A stretch of DNA of 64,000 nucleotides from Toensbergia leucococca (Eukaryota). Made by a program: the position numbers and the translations under genes. The notes under the pieces are model-generated. The model was given only the letters and a program-made list of their open reading frames with translations, did no database searches and was not told the DNA's origin. Location of the stretch: positions 1 to 64,000 of the forward strand of contig JALDZS010000072.1 in NCBI GenBank assembly GCA_022813965.1, given 5' to 3'. Of this stretch, positions 42,150 through 54,697 are shown in pieces; positions within the stretch are counted from its first letter, which is position 1; each line of letters opens with the position of its first letter.

Positions 42150-43668
42150 AGCTGCGGAAGCAACTAGAGGGCAAATTATCCTCTTCCGGGGTAAAAGTTT
42201 GTGGTGCTTGTTGAACTCAACAGAGATGCTGAAGGCGAGAGGTAGAGATACCAATGGACAATGGTTCTAGCCAGTCTTTACTCGGTACTTTCGTGGACAG
42301 TGAGCGTAGCCAATTGGCATGTATGATTTTGTATATTGGTGGGAGCTTGGCCGTCCAGATTGTCGGAAGCTCGTGCGTCAAACGTGGAAAATAAGGCTAG
42401 CTCGCAGTGTCGAGAGGGTCGTGAATTAGATGATGAGTACCGTAGGTACGGTATTTGCGTCTACACGTGTATGGATTTGACAGAAAGAATGGGGGTCCCG
42501 TGAACGATAGATGGGGTAATTGATTGATTTGAAGCACGTCTCACCGCGTGTGAGACTGTGACTTGTATGAGCTGGATGTGGCTTGCAGATGTCGACAAGC
42601 TCATCTAGCTCCCTTTCCTTCCGATATGCACGATCCCGGGATACTGGCTAAATTGAGTAAGGCGGGAAACAATTTCGTTATCGCGGGACCGGGGTTATTC
42701 TTGGATATTGCTTGTCCGTCCCAATTCATCGAAGGATTTGGCTGGAAGTGTTGAGTGGCTTGACCCAAGGATTTGCCCCTGAATCCCTACCGAGTTTAGG
42801 GTTTCGATAGGCAGGCTCACAGGTCTCACGTGCCCAACATATATTCAACTTCACCTTCTTGGAGAAGGTCCGACAGCTGCAACATAACATACGAGTATGC
42901 GTAGCTACTATCCTACGAAGTTAGCACGATCTTTGACAGAACTCTAGTGCCATTGACCGCTCCAAACCACGGTCATTATACTTATTCCTTAGTCCACCAC
43001 AATCTAGGCCACCCAATCCCTTCCCGAGGCCAAGTGAGGCCAAAACCTGACTGTCGCCTGCAACACCGTACCTAGGCACTAGCAATGTCTGACACCTAAA
43101 ACTCCATGACACTCACACGGGTAGAGTATTGTGATACTAATGCCACCGCCGCCTGCAGATTCGCGAGCGAACTACGGAGGTAGGTATCAAGTAAACTTTA
43201 CTCTAAAAGGTACTACTAATCGTAGGCACCTTCCACCCCCACCAATTCGCACTTTTGGCATCAAAAACCCTCGAGTTAGAATACCTGCCTTGCTTTTCCA
43301 AAATCCCTTTCCACTTGCCCGCATCCTTTCGCTCAATCCCGAGAAACCTGGAGGACACTTCGGCCGGAAGAGTTTCAATCATGATATTACTTACTGGTAG
43401 ATTAATAGGGTAGCTGCATGCGCCCGCTGAATTTCGTTCCACCTTCATGCATGGAAATGAATTATCTGCTTTTCCGATACCGTGGATTAACGTCTTGTGT
43501 ATGTATCCCACTCGTTTCACCCAATGTGCAGCCAGGCAGCTGTCTCACTCTTGCGTAAAAAATGAAAAAAAAACATGAAGCTTTCAAGTGCTTGCGCCAT
43601 CTTATGCTCGCTCTATCTGTACAACCATAATGCATCTATTATAAACACCTCTCATTATCGTTCTATTC

Positions 43669-46600
43669 TTAACGTGTCGTTGACTCGTCGAAATCTTCCC
43701 GACGTATCCCACTTCTGTCACACATCGATTTGAAAATCCCTCCCTTCTCCCAAAGCTTCAATGGCGTGTCCAGTTCCGCAATCCCTCCCTGGTCCATCAC
43801 ACATATTCTATCGTAACTGATAATCGTTTTTAACCTATGCGCAATGCAGAGTAAAGTCTTCCCTTTGAACCCAGTGGCGATAGTCTTCTGAATCTTTTGG
43901 TCAGTCTCCATATCTACCGACGATGTAGCTTCGTCGCAGACTATGATTTGAGAGCCGCGAACAAGGGCGCGTGCAAGAGCCATTAGCTGTCGTTGACCGA
44001 GGGAATAGTTGAGACCCTCTTCTTCAACGTTACCATCAAGGTGGATGCGGCCATGAGTTTTGTCTTCGAAGTTGGCATTCGCTTCAATGAGATCGGATTG
44101 CCTCAGGGCTGACCACAGTTCGAGATCGGTGTGTTCGTTGAATGGATCAAGATTTGACCGAATAGTGCCCCGGAATAGGGTGGGGTCTTGGGGGATGATG
44201 GCCAACCTGGACCGTAAATCGTGTAAACCAACGGTAGCAATATTTACCCCGTCGATGCTGATCCTACCGGCTGATAGCTCCACAAGGCGAAACAAGGCGG
44301 ACATGATACTAGATTTCCCAGCGCCTGTCCGACCGACAACACCAATTCTTTCCCCTCCAGATACTTTCATGTTTAGACCTTGCAAAACCAATGGAAGTCC
44401 TTCCCTGTATCTCATTTGTACGTCATCAAAAACAATCTCGCCCTTCTCGGGCCAGCTGCTGGATACTTGAGCCAGATGCAAAGGTGCTTCTTCGTCAAGT
44501 TCTGTACCGTAATAGTGGATACGTTCTGTAGCGTTCATGGCGTTCTCAACTTCAGCTAATTGCCGCACGGAAAACTGAATCATCTGAACAATCGATAGGA
44601 TATATGCAAGAACTAGGCCTGCGATACTGGGGGAAACGTTGAATCGTGAAGTGACAACGAGTATGCCTGTTGTGAAAACCAGAAGATTGCCAATGCAATC
44701 CAGTCGCACGCTCAGCCAACGCTGGTTTGCAAATGTAAGGTAGTAAGCCGAATTCATTCCATCAATGGATTCTCGAATACCACGGACAAAATACTCCTGG
44801 AGACCGTACGCTCGAATACTGGCAGTACCAGAGACCGCCTCACTAAATCGAGAAAACACCACTGAACGAAGTACTGCCTCGTGGCGTTTGATCTCTCGAG
44901 CAGAAGCACGATAGTAAGCAGCCGAGAAGAGGAACATTAAGAACAAGGGACCGAGGGCAATAGCAAAATAGTGGAAGTAGACAATAATCAGAATGAAGAT
45001 GGAGACGACCATGGCCAATGTGAAGAAGAACATCCGGATAGCATCAGTCAAATTGTTGTCCATGATGTCAACATCCTTGGAGAACCTATTCGTGATCCTT
45101 CCAAGTGGCGTTGTGTCGAAGAAAGACATCGGTGCTCTCAAGACTCGAGTCATTGCTCGCTGAAGCATTCTTCTACTTGCTGTCGTGCCGAAAATAGAGA
45201 GGGATATGGAGAACGCGAACATGAGAGCGGCTTGTATGACACCAAGAGCCGCATATACCGCAATGTATTGACCTTCGGCGTATCCAAACTTATTGGAAGT
45301 CCAGAAGGAGAGCCAAAGACTTGTAGCAACGTTAGCGCACTGGGAGATCACGAGGAGAAACACGACCAATGGACCGTTGAGCATTGTTCCTGAAGATCGG
45401 ATGTACGCGGCGTAGACACCCCAAGAAACGCTTTTTACTGCTCTCTCCTCTTGCTGCATCAGAGCAGCTCCTCGTTTTCCCGGCTTCTTTTTCGTGGCGT
45501 CTTTCTTCTCTTCCTCAATTTCGTCCTCGTTAACTTTTTCTTCAGCTTCGACTTTCTCTTCTTGAGCGGTAGTTGCCATCATCTTCTGGAAGCCCTCATT
45601 GTACTTCATCAGACTATCGAACGTGTCAATAGTTTCGATACGGCCTTCCTGGAGCCAGATGATTCTATCACAGCGATTCAGGACGTGAAGCTGATGAGTT
45701 GCAAGTATTCGACACTTGTCTTTCAAAAGGCCGCATATAGCCTGGTCAAAGATATGACGACCGACGTGAGCATCAACGGCTGTTGCAGAAGTTTAGCAGA
45801 GGGTAATCAAAGCTGATTTGAGAATACGGATTCCTGCTAGAGATACTGACCTGAGAGAGGATCGTCCATGAGCACAATGTCACTATCAAAGTAGATAGCT
45901 CTGGCAATGTTCAAACGCTGCTTTTGTCCACCCGATACAGTTATACCTCTTTCACCAATCTCGGTTCCATCACCATGAGGTAACATCTCCAAATCTGGTC
46001 GTAATGCACAAGCGTCTATGACTTGGTCATACCACTTACGATTGTACTGCTTGCCGAACAATACATTCTCTTTGACAGTAGCATTCTGAATCCAAGCATA
46101 CTGTGGACAGAATGCTCTGCTAGCTCCCATCGTAACCCCGCCGCTGGTCCTGCGCATATCACCCGCAAGTGCAGCAAGCAGTGAGCTTTTTCCAGAGCCC
46201 ACACCACCGATAACAGCAATGAGCTCATTACGGCCCACCGAGAAGGTCATATTATGGAGTTTGAAGGGCTCGATCTGTGTAATTGTACTAGAACTGTCAA
46301 TTCCATCGGCTGACGAAATATCGAGACCATTAGTTTTGCGATTCTTTGCAACTGCTTTCTCAGCATTTCGAGCGGCTTTTGCTTGTTTCTTGTTTTGCAA
46401 GCTACCTTGATCAGGATTCTGGGTTGCGTTCCGCTCCCAGGTGAACTCCGCATTATGCATTGCTACAGCATCCTTTCCGGCCATATCCCAAACAAAGTCA
46501 TCCGTCTGTTCTTCCGCCAAGAGAAATTCCTGTATGCGTCCGAGTGAGGCCCAAGCGTCAGTGACTTGACCAATGACCATTGGCAGCAAGTTGAGCGGCA

Positions 46601-48200
46601 TACGGAGGGAGTTGAACAGGGCCAGCGAAGAGAATATTGGAGCAGGATTGAGTGCATGTTTGGACAAGGAGTAGGTAATGAAGGATAACATGGATGCGAA
46701 GATGGGTAATGACATAGATACGGCATTGATGGCGTTCCTGATGGTGAGGAGGACCTGAATGGCACGAATCTCCCGCTTCCTTATTTCCCCGATTCTCTCA
46801 ATGAAGCTACTCTCCCATCCAAAATACTTGACGAAACGTACGGCCTGCAGAATTTCTTGGGTGAGCGACACTCTTTGATCTGTGACTTTATTAATAGCTC
46901 GCCTTCGCACGAATAGGGTCTTAATGGCTTTGGTAAGGACTGGTAAGCCAATAACCAAAAGCGCAAACCCTGCGAGCGCCGAATATTGTAGATTGATGAG
47001 AAGTACCACGAGTGTGATCAAAATTGCCACGGGTGAAGTCCAGACCAAATGAAACATTCCTGAGGCCGTGTCCACACGATAAGTATCTGTCGACATGAGA
47101 TTGACCACACGTCCATTGCCCCATCCGGCACCATCCCCAGACACACCTGATGCCTTGTCCGGTGTGACTTGAGGGCCTCCTTTTGGCTGTAGCTTCTCAT
47201 TCATCAGGCGCTTGAGAAAGCTTTCCTTGGCTCTGGCGTCATCTTTCATGGTGTCTTCCTTCTCCTGGTGATGTCCATCATCAAGTGCTTTGCCACCAGC
47301 CTTAGCACGCCCCGACAGTTTCATAGCCTTTTCGAATATAACAGCGATTAATACTCCTCTTGTTTGTCCTCCAACCATCATGCCTCGATAGATGAAATGA
47401 TTTGTCCCTAAACTTTGGAGTATTTGCATGCAAGTAATACCAAAGACTAGTCCTAGACCGCGTCCAATATGCGGTGCAGGCAAACCATAGCGTTGGGATT
47501 CGTAAGCTTCTGTAGCAAATGCAATAAGATAGCGCAAGGTGAATGGTGACATGACTTGTAGAATACTGGACAGTAAATTACATACTCCTCCAATCCAAAA
47601 TTCGGTCTTGAAGGTCTCATGCAAAGCCCACAACAAGGGATATTTATCGCCTCGAGCAACCCGTCTGTTGAAAGATGTGCTAAGCTTCTCTGCTAGCAGA
47701 GTGGCTGCTCTATTTGGGTTGACGAGCCAGATATCGTTATCTTCCAATGGTCGCTGATAGCCCACCTAATTGTATCTTAGCTTCGATGTGTAGTAGGAGG
47801 TAGAAGGATGCCTTACCGCCATCAACGGTGCCATCCATTGGAAAGTCAACAGACTCAAGAGGCCGGCAGTGTATTCTCTTGACACGGTCCTCTCTTTTGG
47901 TACGGGAGGTTTCCTTGATCTCTTCAAAGGATTGAGGCGTTTGTACCATGGCTTCTTTCTCTTTGGCTGCACAGAGGCCCGTGTCTCAACGGTAAGGCTC
48001 GATGCCGTTGTAGTTGCGGTCAAAGTCCTCTTCGCATTGTGTTGAGGCTCCTTCTCTGGGTCTGGTAAGGATAAATCACTCTCGGAGACTACATATTGCA
48101 AAGGCTCTGTGGCAACAGGTTCTGACGAAACGGTAACCTGCGCTGCACTTTCAGGATGGGAAGTATCGTACTGCTTCTCCTTGTGAGCAAAGTCTGCCAT
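43669..48200 (-). CDS. YOR1: ABCC/MRP-type ABC transporter (Yor1-like), 3 exons
   Basis: TMD-NBD-TMD-NBD layout. NBD1 GGVGSGKSS, VSGGQKQR, LMDDPLSAVD; NBD2 GRTGAGKSS, YSLGQRQL, VCDEATSSVD; no TMD0. Confidence 0.93.
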
Positions 48201-49328
48201 GTTGGACCTCAACGGCTCTGATCAACAAATGCTGTGTACAATATACAAGAATCCGACATTTTCAGGCAAACCCCGCGTATTATTAATATTCTCGAGCCAG
48301 GCAGCCGTGTCCCAAATCATGACTCGTCCATGCACCACCACCGAAGCCTTCCCGGATTTAACGAGTTGCCGAGATATGGAGGGTGGGAGGGTGGTGGATT
48401 AACATTGACGCCTAGCGTATTTACAGCCAGTTAGCCATAGAATAAGGGTATCATTCCTCGATTCGATCTCAATCTTGTTCTTGATCTTGATCTTTCTTTC
48501 ATTGTCCTTTTATTAATGTCTGCCATGCTTTAAACCATTGTCCCATGTGTACATAGTTGATACTGTAGTTCACAGCCTAATTGCTGCATCTGGAGAAAAT
48601 CAACCTCAGGTATTACAGAATCGCTGTCTGGTCCAAAATTGAGTAGAATAAGTATCGACCGGTCGTTCGTTAAGAGGGGGCCTGAAAGTACTCGTACACC
48701 GCCGTTGTGAGCCGCAATGCAACTCTGTCGAAGGTCCGGGATTTCTGCATGAGTGTACGTAAAGCAGCTTGCGCATACTGCCGGGTATCTACCTCTCGGG
48801 TTTTCTCTGGCTTCTCGGCCATCTTTGACCTCACCCAGTAGACGTTGCGATATCTGAAGCCATGAAAACGCGTTGCTCTATTGATCATGGCGATTACCAA
48901 GTCATTATACAGAAGAAGGAAAGAAGGAAATGGGTGGTGTTGGGGTGAGATTCACAGGCTCACAGGCTTCCTAACAGGCCAACCCGTGCTGCAGCCTGTG
49001 CGGCTGTGCCTTATTGTGGGGGCCTTGGCAAAGAACAGGCTTGAAACAACAAGCTTGAGGTAGAGCATTAATCACCATGGCATTCCTTGTTCAGTGATAA
49101 TGCTATGTTGCTTGCCAAGGCACATAGGACGAATTCAGAAATTGTATCAATGCTCTGTGCTCTGTCTTAAACATGCCACGCAGTGGACATCGACCTGAGA
49201 GCACGTTACGCTCTGCCAAGTCCTTCAGCATGCGTTCTTAATTCTATGTACAGTAGGTACATAGCTTCCTCCTAGTCCCGTCAACGAATGAGTAACACTA
49301 TTTACGACCGAATCAACAGTTCTATCAT

Positions 49329-50899
49329 TCAATTATCCAAAGTAATCTCTACATTTCTCTCTTCCTGCGGGATCACCTTGTCCTCGTTCTCCCCCTTCAG
49401 TCCAGGTAGCTCTTTCAATGCACTACCGATGATGTCTAACGCTTGCTGGATTTCTTGTTCCGTGATGACAAGGGGTGGAGCGAGGCGTATGATATTTTGG
49501 TGAGTTGGTTTCGCCTTCAGTTCATCAGCATCCTCATTTCTCCTAACATGGGCAATCTTGAGAGCTCTGCCCACCAACAATCCCTTTTCTTTCATCAACA
49601 TACACAAATCCCACGCACTGTGACCACCAGTCTTGGTCTCGTCAATGACTATGGCATTCAAAAGACCCTTGCCACGTATCGTGTGAATCAAAGGACTCTT
49701 CAGGTCTGTGAGGCCTTGACGGAAGATAGTCCCCAGACGTTCGGCCCGGTCAACCATGTGCTCGTCTCGTACAATTTCTAGAGCCCGGATGGCTACAGCA
49801 CACCCAAGAGGATTCCCACCATACGTTGACCCATGAGTACCAGGTTCAATGGTAAGCATCACATCCTTGGATCCTAAAACACATGACACCGGATACATGC
49901 CTCCTGAAATGGCTTTGCCGAGGAGTACTAGATCGGGCTTGATGCCGCTCCATTCGTGGCACAACAATTTACCCGTTCTGGCAATGCCAGTCTGGATCTC
50001 ATCGCAGATTAGAAGCACATTGTACTTATCGCAAAGAGCTCTAGCTTCTTTGAGATAGTTCTCGTCAGGCACCACGATCCCTGCCTCGCCCTGAATTGGC
50101 TCGACTAGGAAAGCTGCTGTTTTAGAACCATGAGCTTCGAGTGCGGAGCGGAGAGCTGGGATATCATTGTATGGGAGAGGTTGCTTTGTTTTTGGACATG
50201 CCGAACCGACATTAGGCAAGTATGGACCGTAGTTGGTACGGGACTCGGGATCTGTGGACAGAGATATTGCTGCGAACTGAACAGACCAGTCAGCCACCAA
50301 AGTGAGGCCTGAGTCGCGAGCAATTCACGTACCGTTCTCCCATGAAAGTTCTCTGTGACAGCTAGAACCAGGGCCTCGTTCTTTGGAATACCTTTCACCT
50401 TATAGCCCCACTTCCTTGCGATCTTTATAGCTGTTTCCACGGCTTCTGCTCCCGTGTTCATAGGCAGCACGGTATCGAAACCAAAAAAGGCGGTGACGAA
50501 TTCAGCAAATCGGGGGAAGACATCATTATAGAAGGCCCTGGAGCTCAAGGTCAGCCTCGACGCTTGCTCTGTCAAGGCTTTGACCAGCTCTGGATGACAG
50601 TGTCCCTGATTAACAGCACTGTATGCCGAGAGAAAATCAAGATAGTGATTACCCTCTGGATCCCAAACCGAGGTGCCGGCGGCACGAGCAAAGACAATGG
50701 GAAGAGGATGATAATTATGGGCAGCATGAGTGTGTTCGCTATGAATGGCTTCCTTGGAAGATGCCGAATGGTATTGGGAAGGATCCGGGGTGCCAGTGGG
50801 GTGGAATGAAGGTGCTGTTGCCTTTAATGTTGTCCCGTTGGAGACATTATTGGTGGCATCAGTCTGGCTAATGGCCTCGGGGATTGCGATGGGTGCCAT
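49329..50899 (-). CDS. CAR2: Ornithine aminotransferase, 3 exons
   Basis: [73 protein letters not shown]. Confidence 0.97.
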
Positions 50900-51338
50900 G
50901 GTGGTTTTAGATAGGATGCAGATTATCTCTGTGATGTCTGTGCTAAAGTTGGGATGTGATGAGGCTTGGGGGGTTTATGGTTTATATTTTTCTCGTGGAT
51001 AAACAAAGATGCAAGCAGCCTGGTCCTTTAAGTGCAATTGCACCCTCGAGGCAGTCACAAGCCATGCGGACCGCTCAAACCTTCCGTTAGGAAGATGGTG
51101 AGAAGCTAAGGTCGATGACGGTTGAAGCGTTCGTCTGTACCTGCTTTTAGCAGTCAAAAGTATCAAGATGGAGCGGGGGGCTTGGTGGGGCATGGCACAA
51201 GGTAAGGTATGGTAAATAACAGTGACCGGGGTGGTGTCCTAACTTGTACCCCGTACTACTCGCCGCCTCGACTCGTACAGATACCAATATGTCAATAGCA
51301 AGGCTTTGAAAGATTCATTGCAATTCGGCGACGTGAAC

Positions 51339-53505
51339 ATGTCCTCGACGCCTACGGCCCAGGTGTCGAAACCGGACCAAGATCAGCAAGTCGAGCAAAG
51401 TGGCTTTCGACGTCGCGCTTTAGACCGGGCTCAGGAGGCTGCCACATCCCAAGATATATTGCTGTTCCTCATCGCCTTCCGCATTCTAAATGCTTTGAGC
51501 ATCAAGACTTTCTTCCAGCCAGATGAGTATTTCCAGTCGCTTGAGCCGGCATGGCAGATAGCCTTTGGAGAAGACAGTGGCGCTTGGATTACTTGGGTGA
51601 GTTGGAGTCATGGGCATTACGCATACGTGCTGACAAGTGAGCAGGAGTGGAAGCATCAGCTAAGATCCGCTGTTCACCCTGTATTCTTCGCCGTCATCTA
51701 CTGGCTTTCATCCTTCATTTCCAGTGCTTTGAAACTCTCTCCTGAATTCCGTGCCGACCTTCTCATAGCGGCGCCAAAGGTGACTCAAGCAATCCTGGCA
51801 GCTTTGGGGGATTACTATACATGGAAGCTTGCAAAAACAACATATGGAAACAGGAGCAACGAAGCGTGGGCAGTTGTATGTAGAGTCCATAGAAGTCATT
51901 CAAGAAATGCTAGCAAAGTGATCGGTCAGGCTGATCTGTCGTGTTTCTTCCCCCCGTAGCTCGCATTGACCGTCTGCAGTCCCTGGCAGTGGTTCTGCTC
52001 AACAAGAACGTTTTCTAACTGCTTAGAAATGACCTTCACAATCATAGCCTTGGATTCGTGGCCGTGGCAGTGGTCTCTGTGCATGGTGACTGAAGACAAT
52101 GGAGTAGATGGAAGCCCGGGTCACAATCGAGTCACTGATATTGAGCTTTCGAAGTGAATTCCTGGCTATGGATAATCCGAGAAACACAGGAGCTAATTGC
52201 TAATAGACTCCGCTGCTGTCTTATACTTGCCGCTCTAGCTTGCACCCTCCGGCCGACAAACATCCTGATCTGGATGTGTCTTTCCTGCTTCGCCTTTTTC
52301 AACTGCACAACCAACGAGAGAATAGTTCTCTTGCGAGAGGTGGCCCTATGCGGGTACACATACCCTCGCGAAGCAAAAAGCCCGAGATCTCAGCTAAGTT
52401 GTCTAGGTCTATCATTCTCATTTTCTCAACCTTGACCGATCGTTTCTACTACCAGCAATGGACCTTTCCGCCACTCCGATTCCTCTACTTCAACATTGTC
52501 CAATCCCTCGCAGTCTTCTATGGCAGGAATGACTTGCACTACTATCTCTCTCAAGGCTATCCCCTTATGCTAACGACCTTTCTCCCTTTTGCACTCATCG
52601 GTCTCTATCAATCTTTCTTTCCACCAAAACCTCGGGACTCGCTCCCAGCTCCTAGGCTGCACACCAAATCCATCAGATACCAGCTTGCATCTACCGCCCT
52701 CTTCGTCCCTTTAACCCTCTCCCTTGTCTCCCACAAAGAAGTTCGCTTCATTTACCCTCTCCTCCCAACCCTCCACATTCTCGCCGCCACCCCCTTCACC
52801 ACCTTCTTCCTCCCCGCACTCTCCCCTGCGATTCCCCCACCCAAAACTACAAAACGCACTCTCCTTCTCCTCCTGCTACTAACGAACATCCTCCTCTCCA
52901 TCCTGAGCACCCAGTACCACCAACCCGCCCCCCTATCCCTCCTGAGCTACCTCCGCACCCAACACACTACCCATTACCTCTCTCAGCCCCCGCTCTCCTC
53001 TCTCCCACCAGCTCCCACAACAATGACCGTCGGCCTCCTCACTCCCTGTCATAGTACTCCCTGGCGCTCTCACCTCGTGTACCCCTCCCTCAAAGTTTGG
53101 GCCCTCACCTGCTCTCCACCCATAAATCTCAACGCCACAGCCCGCAGCACCTACCTTGACGAAGCCGACCAATTTTACGCCGACCCAGTCATTTTCCTCG
53201 CCAAGACGCTCGGACCTTCTCCAAGGACCTCTTCATCATGGGGGAGAAGACGACCCTTGCAGGGGCTAGGTGCGGCGGGATTGGAGTTGGAGATGGGGGG
53301 CTGGGATGGGAAGGAGGGACGGAAGGGGTGGCCGGAGTATTTGGTGTTTTTTGCGCAGATGGAGGAGGTGATGGGGGCGGTGTTGAGGGGGAGTGGGTAT
53401 CGAGAGTGTTGGCGCGGGTGGAACGGGTGGGGGAATGAGGATTGGAGACGGAGGGGGGATTTGGTGATTTGGTGCTTGAGGGGTGGGGGTGGGGTTAGGG
53501 GATGA
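51339..53505 (+). CDS. GPI10: GPI mannosyltransferase 3 (PIG-B, GT22), multi-exon
   Basis: [63 protein letters not shown]. Confidence 0.95.
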
Positions 53506-53644
53506 TGAAGGGAGATAATGGAGGTAGTTTTGGCGGAAGAGGGCTGTTATTATGTAGAATAGTCCCGTATAATATCCATGGAAAATAGCATGTCGAGCAA
53601 TCCTTCACATATGTCAAGCGCTTTTTCCTACGCATGTTCTAAAG

Positions 53645-54660
53645 GTCATGAACTACTGTCTCAAACCAAACCTATCACCAAAAAGGGCTATCGAAGACAC
53701 CCCCCCTTTATTCTCTTAGGGGGGTTCTCTGGTATTGGTAAAAGCTTAAGGTAGTTTTCGATCTCTCGCGCTCATCTCCCTTCTTCGCCAACGCCCCCCA
53801 AACAATAATAACACACAAAACTCACATCTCCCTTGCTCTGACATCGAACCTGCATCTCAGAATTCTACGTGTTACTAGCTGTAGACATCGCGAGAGGATA
53901 TATATATATATATATATACCGATGGGGAAGAAAACAAGCCGGGGGGGGGAATATCTGGGTATAGATTTCGATATTGATTGAGAAGGGGGGATTTCAGTGT
54001 CGTAAATTAAGACGCACGGGTTATTGCAGAGCGAGACTGAAAGGATAGGGCATGGGAGTGAATAGAAAAAAGCGAAATCCACCCCCTTTTCTTCGCACAA
54101 AAGTCCAAAAACCACAACAACAAATCCCACATCTCAAACATTTCCAATTCCAGAAAAAAAGAAAATCCAAAACCAGGCTCCCTAAATCTCCCTCCCAAAA
54201 AAAAAGAAAAATTGTATTCGACATCTTTAGTCCGTGCAGAAACGGCCCTTTCTCTGCACAGGTCTGAAAAAGACGGAATCGGGTCCCCCATCCACCACCA
54301 ACCCCACCACATAAAATCCCGCTCTTCCTACAACCCCGACAAAAAGCCCCTTTTCTCTCACGAGAACGGTTCTTAAGGATGTTGTGAGTAAGGAAAAAGG
54401 GGATAATGGATGCGGGAAGGTGGTGCGGGGACGCGTGTTGGTTGCTCTTGCGCTTAGCTTGTGATCTGCCAACAAAGGGAGAGGCTGTTGGAGACGTGTG
54501 TGTCTGTTCGGTAGCGCATATGGTGAGGGGGAAGTTTGGAGAATAGGGTTTAGGAGTGGAGTGTGCTTAGATGAGGTAAGACATCATTTTTTGTGGGGGG
54601 TTCATTTTACATAGTTGAGCCTCCGACGCTATGCAAAGGACGCTATTGTGGGAAAACCAG
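53645..54660 (-). ncRNA. Candidate long structured ncRNA with telomerase-RNA-like architecture; ends approximate
   Basis: No credible ORF. Many nested helices read by eye, an unpaired CCTAAACCCTA (rc of 54544-54554) inside a long-range helix, and a U-rich/A-rich pseudoknot-like segment at 54215-54280. Not confirmed computationally. Confidence 0.45.
53898..53918. repeat. (AT)n microsatellite
   Basis: About 10 AT units read directly. Confidence 0.95.
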
Positions 54661-54697
54661 AGTAGAGTACATACATTTACAGTCCCTTGACAAAGAA

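Noticed and set aside
42795..42804. TTTAGGGTTT, and GGGTTAGGG at 53492-53500, as telomeric or template sequence
   Set aside because: Single short matches with no structural context; the second lies inside the GPI10 coding sequence.
49515..49574. Apparent 20-aa insertion in ornithine aminotransferase
   Set aside because: A 60-nt in-frame GT-AG intron; splicing restores GLLAKPTH.
30560..50899. Thioesterase, ABC transporter and aminotransferase as a secondary-metabolite cluster
   Set aside because: No PKS, NRPS or terpene backbone gene, the genes are widely spaced, and the aminotransferase is the housekeeping ornithine aminotransferase.
53730..54582. U5-like GCTTTTACC, U1-like CTTACCT, RNase P-like GGGAAGTTTGG and tRNA T-loop-like GGTTCGA motifs
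   Set aside because: Each is a partial isolated match without the rest of the snRNA, RNase P or tRNA structure.
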